Of a DNA stretch of 39,202 bases, positions 1 to 9,193 are shown piece after piece; the stretch's first letter is position 1; every line of letters begins with the position of its first letter. A model generated the notes under the pieces. It did no database searches. It had not been told where the DNA came from and saw only the letters and a program-made list of their open reading frames with translations. Origin of the DNA: Pseudomonadota bacterium (lineage in GTDB: Bacteria; Pseudomonadota; Alphaproteobacteria; Rhodobacterales; Rhodobacteraceae). The stretch lies in assembly GCA_039027595.1 (NCBI GenBank), contig JBCCKB010000001.1, positions 1-39,202 of the forward strand. Reading direction: 5' to 3'. Both the position numbers and the translations under genes were made by a program.

Positions 1-297
1 CTCGAGACCGCGGCTATCGAATGCGAAGTGATCGTCTGCACCCGGTCAAGCCACGATGTAGTCCTGGTGCGCGGCGATGAAGAGGCGGTGGTCCCCGTCG
101 ATCCAGTGACACCGGTGGACACGACAGGCGCGGGCGATCAGTTCGCCGCAGGGTTCCTCTACGGCTTTGCAACTGGCGCGGACCTTGCCCGGTGTGGGCG
201 CATGGGCTGCGTGGCGGCGGGCGAGGTCATCGGCCATATGGGCCCGCGCCCCGAGGCGGATCTCAAAGACCTCTTCCGCGAGGCGGGGCTTCTCTGA
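1..297 (+). CDS. PfkB-family carbohydrate/adenosine kinase, 3' part (5' end outside the window)
   Basis: Frame open from base 1; PfkB C-terminal signature VDTTGAGDQFAAGFLYG. Confidence 0.9.
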   Translation, partial: LETAAIECEVIVCTRSSHDVVLVRGDEEAVVPVDPVTPVDTTGAGDQFAAGFLYGFATGADLARCGRMGCVAAGEVIGHMGPRPEADLKDLFREAGLL

Positions 298-528
298 GGC
301 CCGGTCGCCCCCGGGATTGCAAGCCGTCGTGTCAGGACGGCTTGGCGAGGATCGAAGACCAAACGCGTCTGCCGCCCGCATCACGCCAGGCGCCTCCGCT
401 GTTCGACCACCGGCGAGGCCCCCGGACTGGAGCGCACGTGTGGAAGCTGACTGTCGTGTTTCGGGCAATGACATAATTGCGCCCTGGGCGAATGCCCCGG
501 GATCAACATGCCGGGGCCACGGCGCCGC

Positions 529-1086
529 TCAATGGAGCTTTGCGTCCACCGTGGCAATCGCCTCGTCAACCAGCTCGCCGCGTCGCGCGTCGGTGACTTG
601 CGCCGAGAGGACCTCGCCAGCCGCGGCCACGGCCAGATCGACGGCCCGATCCCGCACACTTTTGAGCGCCGCCGATTCCGCGGATTCGATCTTGTCCTCG
701 GCGGCTTGGAGCCTGCGCGCCACCTGGAGCGTGATCTCCTTCTTCGCCTGTTCTGCGGCCTCGCGCGCTTCCGCCTTGGCATGCTCGACGATGCTCTCGG
801 CCTTGTCTTCCATCTCGCGCGATTTGCGCTCGTAAGACGCCAAGAGCGATTGTGCGTCTTCGCGGATCTTGCGCGCCTCATCGAGCTCTGCCCGGATCCC
901 GTCGGCGCGCTTGTCCAGCATGCCGCCCAATAGTTTGGGGACGCCAAAGTAAATCAGGATGCCAATGAAGAGCAGGAACGACAGGGTGACAATGAAATCT
1001 GTGTTCTTGAGCGAAAAGAACGGCTTATCGCCAGCGGCGAGAGCCGGTCCGGCAATGATGCTAAGCGTGACGGCCAATCGCAGCAT
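529..1086 (-). CDS. atpF: F0F1 ATP synthase subunit b
   Basis: N-terminal TM (FIVTLSFLLFIGILIYF), LDKRADGIRAELDEA coiled coil, last gene of the Fo operon. Confidence 0.95.
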   Translation of the reverse strand: MLRLAVTLSIIAGPALAAGDKPFFSLKNTDFIVTLSFLLFIGILIYFGVPKLLGGMLDKRADGIRAELDEARKIREDAQSLLASYERKSREMEDKAESIVEHAKAEAREAAEQAKKEITLQVARRLQAAEDKIESAESAALKSVRDRAVDLAVAAAGEVLSAQVTDARRGELVDEAIATVDAKLH

Positions 1087-1090
1087 GAGC

Positions 1091-1615
1091 TTAATCCTTC
1101 ATCCGGGCATCCACGGCGGCCCGAAGCGCGCCGGCATCCGCGTCCCCGCCGAGCGCCCCAACGATCTCCGAGGCGACATCGTTCGACACCGTCTTGATCG
1201 CCGCCAAAGCACCATCGCGAATTTCGGCGATCCTGGTTTCGCTCTCCGCCAGCTTGGCTGCGATCGCGTCATCGGCCTTGGCGATCTCCGCGTCGAGTTC
1301 GGCCTGCATTTCCGCCTTGGCCTCGGCCACGATCTTCGCGGCCTCGGAACGCGCATCGGCCAGCTTTGCCTCGTAGGCGGTTTCCGCCGCCTGTGCCTTC
1401 AGCTTCAGCTCCTCCGCTTGCGCAAGGTCATTGGTAATCGAGCCCTGCCGCTCGGCCATCACCCCCGCGATCCGAGGCAAGGCCACCTTGGTCAGGATCA
1501 GATAAATCGCGACCAACGTCACCACGAGCCAGAAAATCTGGTTCGGGAACGTCGCGAAATCGAGCTGCGGGAGCCCGACCGCAGCCTCTTCGCCGCCCTG
1601 GGTCTCGGTTGCCAT
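1091..1615 (-). CDS. F0F1 ATP synthase subunit b' (atpF'/atpG/atpX)
   Basis: [17 protein letters not shown] motif; ATG at 1615 with AAAGGGGAAG SD; lies between atpE and atpF. Confidence 0.95.
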   Translation of the reverse strand: MATETQGGEEAAVGLPQLDFATFPNQIFWLVVTLVAIYLILTKVALPRIAGVMAERQGSITNDLAQAEELKLKAQAAETAYEAKLADARSEAAKIVAEAKAEMQAELDAEIAKADDAIAAKLAESETRIAEIRDGALAAIKTVSNDVASEIVGALGGDADAGALRAAVDARMKD

Positions 1616-1688
1616 ATCGGCTTCCCCCTTTCGGTACGAGGACACCGGGACCCAAGACGGAGCCCCGGCCGCTCAGGATCGGGTCAGC

Positions 1689-1913
1689 TTAAACGGCGAA
1701 CATCAGCAGAAGCGCCACGAGGAACGCGAAGATCCCCAGCGCTTCGGCAAAGGCGATGCCGATAAACAGCGTCGCAGTCTGCCCACCAGCCGCCGAGGGG
1801 TTCCGCAACGCGCCGGCGAGGAAGTTCCCCGCGACGGTGCCCACGCCGATTGCGGCCGCGCCCGAGCCAAGCGCCGCGATGCCAGCGCCGATATGTGCGA
1901 GTTCGCCTTCCAT
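1689..1913 (-). CDS. atpE: F0F1 ATP synthase subunit c
   Basis: 74 aa, two TM helices, ALRNP loop, ion-binding Glu in FAEAL; AAGGAG SD before ATG 1913. Confidence 0.97.
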   Translation of the reverse strand: MEGELAHIGAGIAALGSGAAAIGVGTVAGNFLAGALRNPSAAGGQTATLFIGIAFAEALGIFAFLVALLLMFAV

Positions 1914-1971
1914 GTCCGTTTCTCCTTGAGCTGGAATTGGCTGAATATCTGAAGTTGTCGAGAGCCCCGGT

Positions 1972-2727
1972 CTAATGGTGCGGATGCAGCGCATCGCGCA
2001 GATAAACGCAGGTCAGAATTGTGAACACATAGGCCTGGATCGCCGACACGAGCACCTCGAGCCCGTAGACCGCGGTCACGGCCAGAACGGATAGCGGAGA
2101 AATTGCCGCAACGGCCGCGAAGCCGGCAAACACCTTCACCACCGCGTGGCCGGCCATCATGTTCCCCGCAAGCCTGATCGAGTGGCTGACCGGGCGGACG
2201 AAGTACGAAATCACCTCGATAACGGCCAGGATCGGCCGGAGAGGCAAGGGTGCTGCGTCAACCCAAAACAGCTTGAGGAAGCCAGGGCCATTCTTGACAA
2301 ACCCGATGATCGTCACAGACAGGAACACCGCCATGGCAAGCACCGCTGTGACCGCGATATGCGAGGTCGTCGTAAACGCCATCGGCACGAGACCCAGGAA
2401 ATTTGCGAAGATGATGAAAAGAAACAGCGTCATGATGTAGGGGAAGTAGACCACGCCGTCTTTGCCAGTGACATCCTCCACCATCTTGTAGACAAACCCG
2501 TAGGCCAACTCCGCGATCGACTGGCTCCGGTTGGGGATAATCGCCCTGCCCCTGGTGCCCAGAACCATCAGCGCGGTAATCGCCACGACCGCAAGCGCCA
2601 TCCAAAGGGTCACATTGGTGATCGTGAAAAGCCCTACATCGCCGTCGCCGAAAAGCGGCTTGACCACAAACTGGTCCATCGGATGGAACTCAAGCGCGGA
2701 TCCCTCTGCCTTGGCGTCGTCTGCCAT
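1972..2727 (-). CDS. atpB: F0F1 ATP synthase subunit a
   Basis: [17 protein letters not shown] and IQAYVFTIL motifs. Confidence 0.97.
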   Translation of the reverse strand: MADDAKAEGSALEFHPMDQFVVKPLFGDGDVGLFTITNVTLWMALAVVAITALMVLGTRGRAIIPNRSQSIAELAYGFVYKMVEDVTGKDGVVYFPYIMTLFLFIIFANFLGLVPMAFTTTSHIAVTAVLAMAVFLSVTIIGFVKNGPGFLKLFWVDAAPLPLRPILAVIEVISYFVRPVSHSIRLAGNMMAGHAVVKVFAGFAAVAAISPLSVLAVTAVYGLEVLVSAIQAYVFTILTCVYLRDALHPHH

Positions 2728-2730
2728 GGG

Positions 2731-3051
2731 CTAACCCCTTTTTTCGGCCTCCTGGGCCTCGCGTTTCGCCTGGATCTCCTGGGCGGTCCGAACCATCGTC
2801 TTCACGCCCGCCACGAAACCCAGCAATGTAAACAGGATCAGAAGGATGGGCAGTGTCCCGAAGAGGGTGTCTAGCCCGTATCCGATCCCGAAGCCGATCA
2901 GCAATCCCGCCACCAGCTCTGTGACCATGCGCCAGCCCTGCTGGGCTTGGCTGTAGTGCTCCTCGATCTCGGGCTCCGGCGCGTGCCGAGCTTTCGCCGC
3001 CTTGATCCGATCGTCAAGCGCGCTCAGCGCATCGTCACCGTTATCGGTCAT
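2731..3051 (-). CDS. atpI: ATP synthase protein I (AtpZ/AtpI family)
   Basis: WRMVTELVAGLLIGFGIGYGLD motif; first gene of the Fo operon; start placed at ATG 3051. Confidence 0.9.
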   Translation of the reverse strand: MTDNGDDALSALDDRIKAAKARHAPEPEIEEHYSQAQQGWRMVTELVAGLLIGFGIGYGLDTLFGTLPILLILFTLLGFVAGVKTMVRTAQEIQAKREAQEAEKRG

Positions 3052-3185
3052 CGGCCGCGCCCCCCGAAGAGACGGCAGGAAGCTATGGTGGGGGCCGCGG
3101 AGAGTCAATGGGTGCGGTTCAGCGTTAAGCTACTGAAAATAAAATATTTTAGTTCCAGCCAGACGACGTTCTAACGCTGGAGCAT

Positions 3186-3205
3186 ATTCAACCTGCCAGT
3201 TGAAT
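3186..3205. promoter_or_regulatory. Inverted repeat ATTCAAC-N6-GTTGAAT, candidate operator (copy 1)
   Basis: Perfect 7-bp arms; a near-identical copy occurs at 3416-3433. Confidence 0.6.
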
Positions 3206-3415
3206 TTCATCGACCAAGCGTGCTCGTGCTATGGGTCTGAAGGTCCGTTGATCTTCCTTCCTCCTCCGTGGGCGCACACGCAAGCCACGGTTCACTCTTT
3301 ACTGACGCACCCCCGCGGGCCAAAGACGGGGCCCCGCGCACGTGATCCGACAGACATGCAAGCGCCCCCTGACTGGCCCCGTCCCATGGATCCCGCGCAA
3401 AGACGACGCCCCTCG

Positions 3416-3433
3416 TTCAACCCACCAGTTGAC
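3416..3433. promoter_or_regulatory. TTCAAC-N6-GTTGAC, candidate ArsR autoregulatory operator (copy 2)
   Basis: 32 nt upstream of the ArsR ATG; overlaps a TTGACC -35-like hexamer. Confidence 0.55.
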
Positions 3434-3465
3434 CTTTTCCAGCTTATCGCCCACGCACTTGCTCC

Positions 3466-3810
3466 ATGAAAGCCGCCCTCGACACCGTCTTTGCAGCGCT
3501 CTCAGACCCAACGCGGCGTGAAATCCTCACCATGCTGTTGGAAGACGACATGGCCGTTACCGACGTGGCCGAGCCCTTCGAGATGTCGCTTGCCGCGATT
3601 TCCAAGCACCTCGCGATTTTGGCCGCCGCAGGCCTCATCGCCCAGGAAAAACGCGGTCGGGTCAAATGGTGCAAGTTAGAGCCCGATGCACTTAGGGACG
3701 CCAGCGTTTGGATGCAGAGCTTTGGTCAGTTCGAACCCGTCAACCTGGATGCGTTCGAGCGATTTCTGGAGGCAGAGCTGGCCGGCGGAGAGACCTCGGC
3801 CCGCAGCTAG
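3466..3810 (+). CDS. ArsR/SmtB family transcriptional regulator
   Basis: FAALSDPTRREIL and SLAAISKHLAILAAAGLI winged-helix motifs. Confidence 0.93.
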   Translation: MKAALDTVFAALSDPTRREILTMLLEDDMAVTDVAEPFEMSLAAISKHLAILAAAGLIAQEKRGRVKWCKLEPDALRDASVWMQSFGQFEPVNLDAFERFLEAELAGGETSARS

Positions 3811-3945
3811 AAAAAGCTCAAGGGAATTTCCGCAATAATTCCGAGCGTTATAGCGAGCGCGCTCGGCATCCGACCTCAAACAATTCGCCACAAATTTGCC
3901 GTAAATTGCGCTATGATCCGCCGATGCGGGGCCAAGGAGCGGAAC

Positions 3946-4176
3946 ATGCGGTTCATCCTCGCCTCGATCAGCCTCGGTGGCTTTGCCTGGGCCAGCTATA
4001 TGGTGCTTACCGGTCGGGTCCCGGGCAGCGACGCGGACGCACAGCCCCTCATGCTGATGGTCCAGCAGTCCACGGAAGCGATTGGCGTCAATCAGACCGC
4101 GCTGGCCCTTCTCGCCGTCGGCGCGGCGATCGCCTTTGGCATTATTGCCTTTGGCCCTCGCGAAGACGACGTCTGA
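3946..4176 (+). CDS. Small hypothetical membrane protein (76 aa, two hydrophobic segments)
   Basis: AAGGAG SD before ATG 3946; GC3-rich codons; two TM-like stretches. Confidence 0.7.
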   Translation: MRFILASISLGGFAWASYMVLTGRVPGSDADAQPLMLMVQQSTEAIGVNQTALALLAVGAAIAFGIIAFGPREDDV

Positions 4177-4182
4177 ACGATC

Positions 4183-5067
4183 TCAAAGACCGATTTGCCA
4201 GGTCTTCGCTTCCGCTTTCAGGAACTTCAGGAACGACTGAACCTTTGTGGTCCGGTGTAAGTCCACATGGGTCACCAGCCAAAATGGCGCCGACCATTCC
4301 TCGCGCGGCGCAATCACCTCCACGATCGACGGACAGCGCTCGGCATCCCATTCGGACATAAAGCCGATCCCTGCGCCCGCCAGAACGGCGTCGCGGAACT
4401 GGAGATTATCGGCGTTGCGGAACACGATCTGATCGGCTGGAACGTGGGCCCTGAGCCATATGTTGAACGGGGCTCTCGAATTCTCGTTGTCGCCACCGAT
4501 AAAAGCATGGCCCGCAAACTCGGACTCATCGGCAGGCTTGCCCCTGCGGCGGATGTAGTCCTCGCTTGCATAAAGCCCGATCATCAGCTTTCCAAATGGC
4601 TGGACCACGTTGTCGGGCTGGTCAGGAGCGCTGCCCGCCCGGATCGCGACATGCGCCTCACCTTATTCAAGACGCAGGACCCGGTCACCGGTCAAATAGC
4701 GGATCACAAGGCCGGGATGCTGCTCCTGGAAACGAACGAGGCTTGGCGTCACCAGGGGCGACATCGACGTCAGCGAGGTCACGACCAGCTCGCCGGACAC
4801 ATCCTCCCCGCGCCCCTTGATCCGGTTCTGCAACTGCGAGAACTGGTCATCGGTCGCCTGCGCCACCTGCAACAGGTCCGAGCCCGCCTCGGTCGCGGTG
4901 TAGCCCCGGGCATGGCGCTGAAAGAGCTTTGCGCCAAGCCGCCCCTCAAGCGCGTCGATGTGACGGATCACGGTCGCATGGTGCACCCCGAGCGCCTCGG
5001 CCGCGCCGCTCACGGTCCCAAGCCGGGCCACGTGGTAGGCGGTGCGGATCTCGTCCCAGTTGTCCAT
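4183..5067 (-). pseudogene. LysR-family regulator interrupted by an in-frame TAA at codon 135 (4663-4665)
   Basis: HTH half (4663-5067) and effector half (4183-4608) share a frame; reading through gives RLE*GEAHVAIRAGSAPDQPDNVVQPF, 294 aa in total. Confidence 0.85.
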
Positions 5068-5106
5068 CTTGTGCGCCTTTGAACAGTCTCTGTTCTATCT
5101 CAATAA

Positions 5107-5124
5107 TTGCGTTCGAAAATGCAA
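5107..5124. promoter_or_regulatory. Candidate LysR recognition site between lysR and azoR
   Basis: Imperfect palindrome TTGCGTTCGAAAATGCAA in the divergent intergenic region. Confidence 0.45.
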
Positions 5125-5170
5125 GGTATAAGTCACGGCTCAGTCGCCTCGCTACAAAAGGAACTCAGAC

Positions 5171-5755
5171 ATGACCCGCCAATTTCTGCGCATCGATGCG
5201 TCCGCCCGCCGCGAAGGCTCGGTGTCCCGCGACCTCACCGACCAGGTGATCCAACGCTTGGGGGCGACCGACATCGTCACACGCGACCTCGCGACCACGC
5301 CTGTTCCGCAAATCGACGAAACCTGGGTTGGCGCGAACTTCACGCCGGAAGAGGCTCGCAGCGACGCACAAAAAGACGCGCTTGCACTGTCCGATGCCCT
5401 GGTCGCCGAGCTCAAGGCCGCCGACACGCTGGTCATCGGGCTGCCGATCTACAATTTCGGCGTGCCAGCCGCGCTGAAGGCCTGGATTGACCACATCACC
5501 CGCGCGGGCGTCACCTTCCGCTACACCGAAGCCGGGCCCGTCGGCCTTGTGACGGGCAAGCGCGCGATCGTCGCTGTCGCGTCCGGCGGCACCAAAATGG
5601 GCTCCGACATCGATTTCGCCACGGGCTATCTCGCCCATATTCTGGGCTTTATCGGAATATCGGATGTCAGTTTCGTCGCCGCCGACCGGCTGATGGTGGA
5701 TGCCGAGGCCGCCCGCGCGGCCGCTGCGGCTCAGATCGCGGAGCTGGCCGCCTAG
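5171..5755 (+). CDS. azoR: FMN-dependent NADH-azoreductase (flavodoxin-2 fold)
   Basis: LRIDASAR..SVSR, PIYNFGVPAALKAWID, AGVTFRYTEAGPVGL motifs. Confidence 0.92.
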   Translation: MTRQFLRIDASARREGSVSRDLTDQVIQRLGATDIVTRDLATTPVPQIDETWVGANFTPEEARSDAQKDALALSDALVAELKAADTLVIGLPIYNFGVPAALKAWIDHITRAGVTFRYTEAGPVGLVTGKRAIVAVASGGTKMGSDIDFATGYLAHILGFIGISDVSFVAADRLMVDAEAARAAAAAQIAELAA

Positions 5756-5791
5756 CGCCGCCCGAGCTTGGTGGGCGGCCCCAAGGCCGCC

Positions 5792-6583
5792 CTACCCCGC
5801 CCCCGCGACATCCGCCAAAAGGACCCTCAGCACCTCGTCGGCCGCCCGTTCCCGGTCCCGCGGCAGCCCGTGCACGCGCCACTCGTCCAAGAGCGCCGCC
5901 CGCTCTAGCTCAAGAACCCTGTCGAGGCTCGCCACCGCCTCCGCGCCCGCGAGGTGATCTTTGAGGCGATGCGAATGCAGGATTGTCGGGCGCGCGTCCA
6001 GTGGCTCCCAGGCGTCGAACATTGTGACCCGGCGGAGATTGAATTCGGGCGGAAGGACGTAGAACCGCAGATCCGAGGCCCAAAGAAGATCCTTGAGCAC
6101 CACCTGATCCCGGGCCACCCCCGCCTCCCGGAATGCCCGCGCCCAGTCTGAAAACAACGCCCGCGTCGCCGGTGACAAACGGTACAGCATGACGCCCGAG
6201 TTCAGCTGTGGGAAGGCATAGGGCGTGCTCTCCGCAAGCCCCTCCTGAACAAGGGCCGATCGCCGCCGAACGTCATGGGCAAGCGCGAGGTCAAACCGTT
6301 CCGCCACCTCGAAGAGATCGCCGAACGCCGCCAACACAAGCGTATCGCAGTCGAGGTACAATGTGCGCTCGAACCGCGACATCGCGAGGCAGTCCAGCTT
6401 GGCGCGGGCATGGACGTCGGGAACCGGATGGATCCTGTCAAACGTCGCGTGATCGATCGCGCAGGCACAATCCGTAAAAAGATCCGCCGCGAGCCCAGGG
6501 TTCGTGCGGCCGAGGCTCTCGCGCGATTGGCGTGCCAGGGCGCGGTGCTCTGGGCCCACCGCCACATAAATCACCCCGTCCAT
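5792..6583 (-). CDS. GT-A fold nucleotide-diphospho-sugar transferase (GT8/GT77-like)
   Basis: YLDCDTLV (DxD), QLNSGVMLY, RDQVVL; ATG 6583 overlaps the upstream stop (TGATG). Confidence 0.8.
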   Translation of the reverse strand: MDGVIYVAVGPEHRALARQSRESLGRTNPGLAADLFTDCACAIDHATFDRIHPVPDVHARAKLDCLAMSRFERTLYLDCDTLVLAAFGDLFEVAERFDLALAHDVRRRSALVQEGLAESTPYAFPQLNSGVMLYRLSPATRALFSDWARAFREAGVARDQVVLKDLLWASDLRFYVLPPEFNLRRVTMFDAWEPLDARPTILHSHRLKDHLAGAEAVASLDRVLELERAALLDEWRVHGLPRDRERAADEVLRVLLADVAGAG

Positions 6584-7311
6584 CAAGCTGGTCGCTCCCA
6601 CTCCATGGCATACAGATAGGGCGCATGGTTATAGGCGTCCGCTCGCGCCATTTCGACTGCGTCAATCGCGCCCCGCGCGGGTGGTTCAGCGAACCATGTC
6701 AGCCGGAGCCCAAGACCGAGGAGGGTCTCCATATAAAGGGACTGTGGCCTGTGATAGTTGATCACCCGGATCCCTCGCCACGCCGCTTCGTGGGTGTGCT
6801 CCTCAAGATAGCGGTGCATCGTCATCGTCCGCGATCCATCCGCGTTCGTCCGAAACCCGCGTCCTTTAATTTGCGAGGCCGTGGCGAACCCTTGGAGATT
6901 TGCAATGAGCAGGATGCCACCCGGGGCCAGGACACGGGCCATCTCCGCCAGACCGGCCCGCGCATCCGATATGTCGATCAGCGAAAGATAACTCACCACC
7001 GCCTCGAAGACGCCATCCTCAAAAGGCAATGCCTCGGCCACACCCTTTTCGTACACGCCCGAGGGGTCGGCCGACCGTGCCGCCTCAAGGAACCGCTCCG
7101 TGGGGTCAAGCCCCGTGCATGCCACGCCGTCACGGCCCAACATCCGGCAGAACCGACCATCACCGCAGCCCACGTCGAGAAGCGTCCTTGCCCGATGGCG
7201 CAGAACGCGCGCCCGAAGCGGCCCGTCGAGCACCAAGCGTCGGCTCATATCACCGGTCCCGCCCAGATGGGCGAGCCAAGCCTCCGCCGACCTGTCCCAG
7301 TCCGTCTCCAT
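6583..7311 (-). CDS. Class I SAM-dependent methyltransferase
   Basis: LLDVGCGDGR motif I, AEALPFEDGVFE, RVLAPGG. Confidence 0.92.
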   Translation of the reverse strand: METDWDRSAEAWLAHLGGTGDMSRRLVLDGPLRARVLRHRARTLLDVGCGDGRFCRMLGRDGVACTGLDPTERFLEAARSADPSGVYEKGVAEALPFEDGVFEAVVSYLSLIDISDARAGLAEMARVLAPGGILLIANLQGFATASQIKGRGFRTNADGSRTMTMHRYLEEHTHEAAWRGIRVINYHRPQSLYMETLLGLGLRLTWFAEPPARGAIDAVEMARADAYNHAPYLYAMEWERPA

Positions 7312-7399
7312 CGCCCGCGTCCCGCTTGACTAAGCCAACGGAACCCCTTAGTGCCCACCGCAGATCACCGGAAGCATAGCGCCTTCCGGTCCCGGAACT

Positions 7400-7462
7400 A
7401 CCCCCGGGATCGCCCCCCACCAGCGAGGTTTCGCCCGTGGGGGCGCTTGGCGTTTCCCCGGT
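7400..7462 (+). promoter_or_regulatory. Structured ffh 5' leader (possibly the alphaproteobacterial ffh RNA motif)
   Basis: CGCCCCCCAC/GTGGGGGCG stem enclosing a GCGA-GGTT-TCGC hairpin, downstream of a TTGACT-N17-TAGTGC promoter-like element at 7326. Confidence 0.5.
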
Positions 7463-7511
7463 CCGGCCTTAGGTCGGGCCTGTCCCAACCGGCTCGAAGG
7501 AGGCCCGAGAT

Positions 7512-9014
7512 ATGTTTGAAAATCTCTCCGAACGTCTCTCCGGCGTCTTCGAACGGCTCACCAAGCAGGGCGCGCTAAGCGAGGACGACGTCAAAACCGC
7601 GCTCCGAGAGGTCCGCGTCGCGCTCCTGGAGGCCGATGTCTCGCTCCCGGTCGCGCGTGATTTTGTGAAAGCCGTCCAGGAAAAGGCCACGGGCCAGGCG
7701 GTGACCAAATCGGTGACCCCGGGACAACAGGTGGTTAAGATCGTCCATGATGAGCTGGTCCACGTCCTTGCCGGGGACGATGAGACCCCTGGAGAGCTGA
7801 AAATCGACAATCCGCCCGCGCCGGTCCTGATGGTGGGGCTTCAAGGCTCGGGCAAGACCACAACGACGGCTAAGCTTGCAAAGCGCCTCAGCGAGCGCGA
7901 AGGCAAACGCGTTCTCATGGCATCGCTCGACACCAACCGGCCAGCGGCGATGCAGCAGCTTCAGATCCTCGGCCAGCAGATCGGCGTAGATACACTGCCG
8001 ATCGTGCCAGGCTCGACCCCGGTTCAGATCGCAAAGCGCGCGAAACAGCAGGCGACGCTCGGGGGCTACGACGTCTTCATGCTCGATACTGCCGGGCGCC
8101 TGTCGATCGACGAAGAGCTCATGGCCCAGGTCGAGGAGGTCCGCAATGTCGCCCAGCCCCGGGAAACGCTTCTCGTGGTCGACGGGCTGACGGGTCAGGA
8201 CGCGGTGAACACCGCGCAGAACTTCGACGACCGGATCGGGATTTCCGGCGTCGTCCTCACCCGGATGGATGGCGACGGACGCGGCGGCGCGGCGCTCTCG
8301 ATGCGCGCGATCACCGGCCAGCCGATCAAGTTCGTGGGTTTGGGCGAGAAATTGGACGCGCTCGAGACCTTCGAGCCTGACCGGATCGCGGGCAGAATCC
8401 TGGGAATGGGCGACATCGTGGCCCTTGTCGAGAAGGCCCAGGAGACCATCGAAGCCGAACAGGCCGAGCGCATGATGAAGCGCTTCCAAAAGGGCCAGTT
8501 CAACATGAACGACCTACGCTCCCAACTCGAGCAGATGCTCAAGATGGGCGGCATGGAAGGGATCATGGGCATGCTGCCGGGCGTCGGGAAGATGAAGTCC
8601 CAGCTCGACGAGGCTGGCATGGACGACAAGGTTCTCAAACGCCAAATCGCGCTGATCCAGTCGATGACCAAAAAGGAACGCGCCAATCCAAGCCTGCTCC
8701 AAGCCTCCCGGAAAAAACGCATCGCGGCCGGCGCGGGCATGGAGGTGGCCGATCTGAACCGACTTCTGAAAATGCACCGGCAAATGTCGGACATGATGAA
8801 GAAGATGGGAAAAATGGGCAAAAAGGGCCTCATGCGCCAAATGGGCGGCCTGCTCGGCAAGGGCGGCATGCCCGGCGGGGGTGGGATGCCATCCCAGGCC
8901 GAGATCGACGCCGCCCAGGCCCAGCTTGGCAAACTGCCAGGCGGCCTGCCGGGCCTCGGCGGCGGTGGCATGCAGCTCCCCCCGGGCCTCTCGGGATTTG
9001 GCAAGAAGAAATGA
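7512..9014 (+). CDS. ffh: Signal recognition particle protein Ffh
   Basis: MFENLSERL start, GLQGSGKTTT, DTAGR, DGDGRGG, Met-rich M domain. Confidence 0.98.
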   Translation: MFENLSERLSGVFERLTKQGALSEDDVKTALREVRVALLEADVSLPVARDFVKAVQEKATGQAVTKSVTPGQQVVKIVHDELVHVLAGDDETPGELKIDNPPAPVLMVGLQGSGKTTTTAKLAKRLSEREGKRVLMASLDTNRPAAMQQLQILGQQIGVDTLPIVPGSTPVQIAKRAKQQATLGGYDVFMLDTAGRLSIDEELMAQVEEVRNVAQPRETLLVVDGLTGQDAVNTAQNFDDRIGISGVVLTRMDGDGRGGAALSMRAITGQPIKFVGLGEKLDALETFEPDRIAGRILGMGDIVALVEKAQETIEAEQAERMMKRFQKGQFNMNDLRSQLEQMLKMGGMEGIMGMLPGVGKMKSQLDEAGMDDKVLKRQIALIQSMTKKERANPSLLQASRKKRIAAGAGMEVADLNRLLKMHRQMSDMMKKMGKMGKKGLMRQMGGLLGKGGMPGGGGMPSQAEIDAAQAQLGKLPGGLPGLGGGGMQLPPGLSGFGKKK

Positions 9015-9193
9015 TCCACGCAGCGCTCAGTGCCGCCGCCTCCGCGCGCCTCGACGGCAAACCGGCGCATCGTGCGCCGCGCGGCACATCACGTCATCGC
9101 CATACTCCGCGGGCCCTCCTGACCTGGGGAGATCACGCGCCACTCGCAGGAGCGGAAATCGCGCGGCAGCGCGGCCGCGGGGCACCCCGATGA
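9011..9193 (+). CDS. 60-aa micro-ORF coupled at both ends (ffh and GNAT1)
   Basis: ATGA overlaps at 9011-9014 and 9190-9193; no recognisable motif. Confidence 0.4.
   Translation: MIHAALSAAASARLDGKPAHRAPRGTSRHRHTPRALLTWGDHAPLAGAEIARQRGRGAPR

Noticed and set aside
5756-5790. GC hairpin between azoR and the convergent glycosyltransferase as an intrinsic terminator
   Set aside because: No U-tract on either strand, so it cannot be called with confidence
8810-9014. Gly/Met/Pro-rich low-complexity Ffh tail
   Set aside because: Ordinary for alphaproteobacterial Ffh
7575-9070. Long antisense ORFs over ffh (304 and 291 aa), and similar ones over the atp genes, putA, the GT fusion and the ALDH
   Set aside because: Shadow ORFs expected from high-GC codon bias; no motifs and fully overlapping well-supported genes
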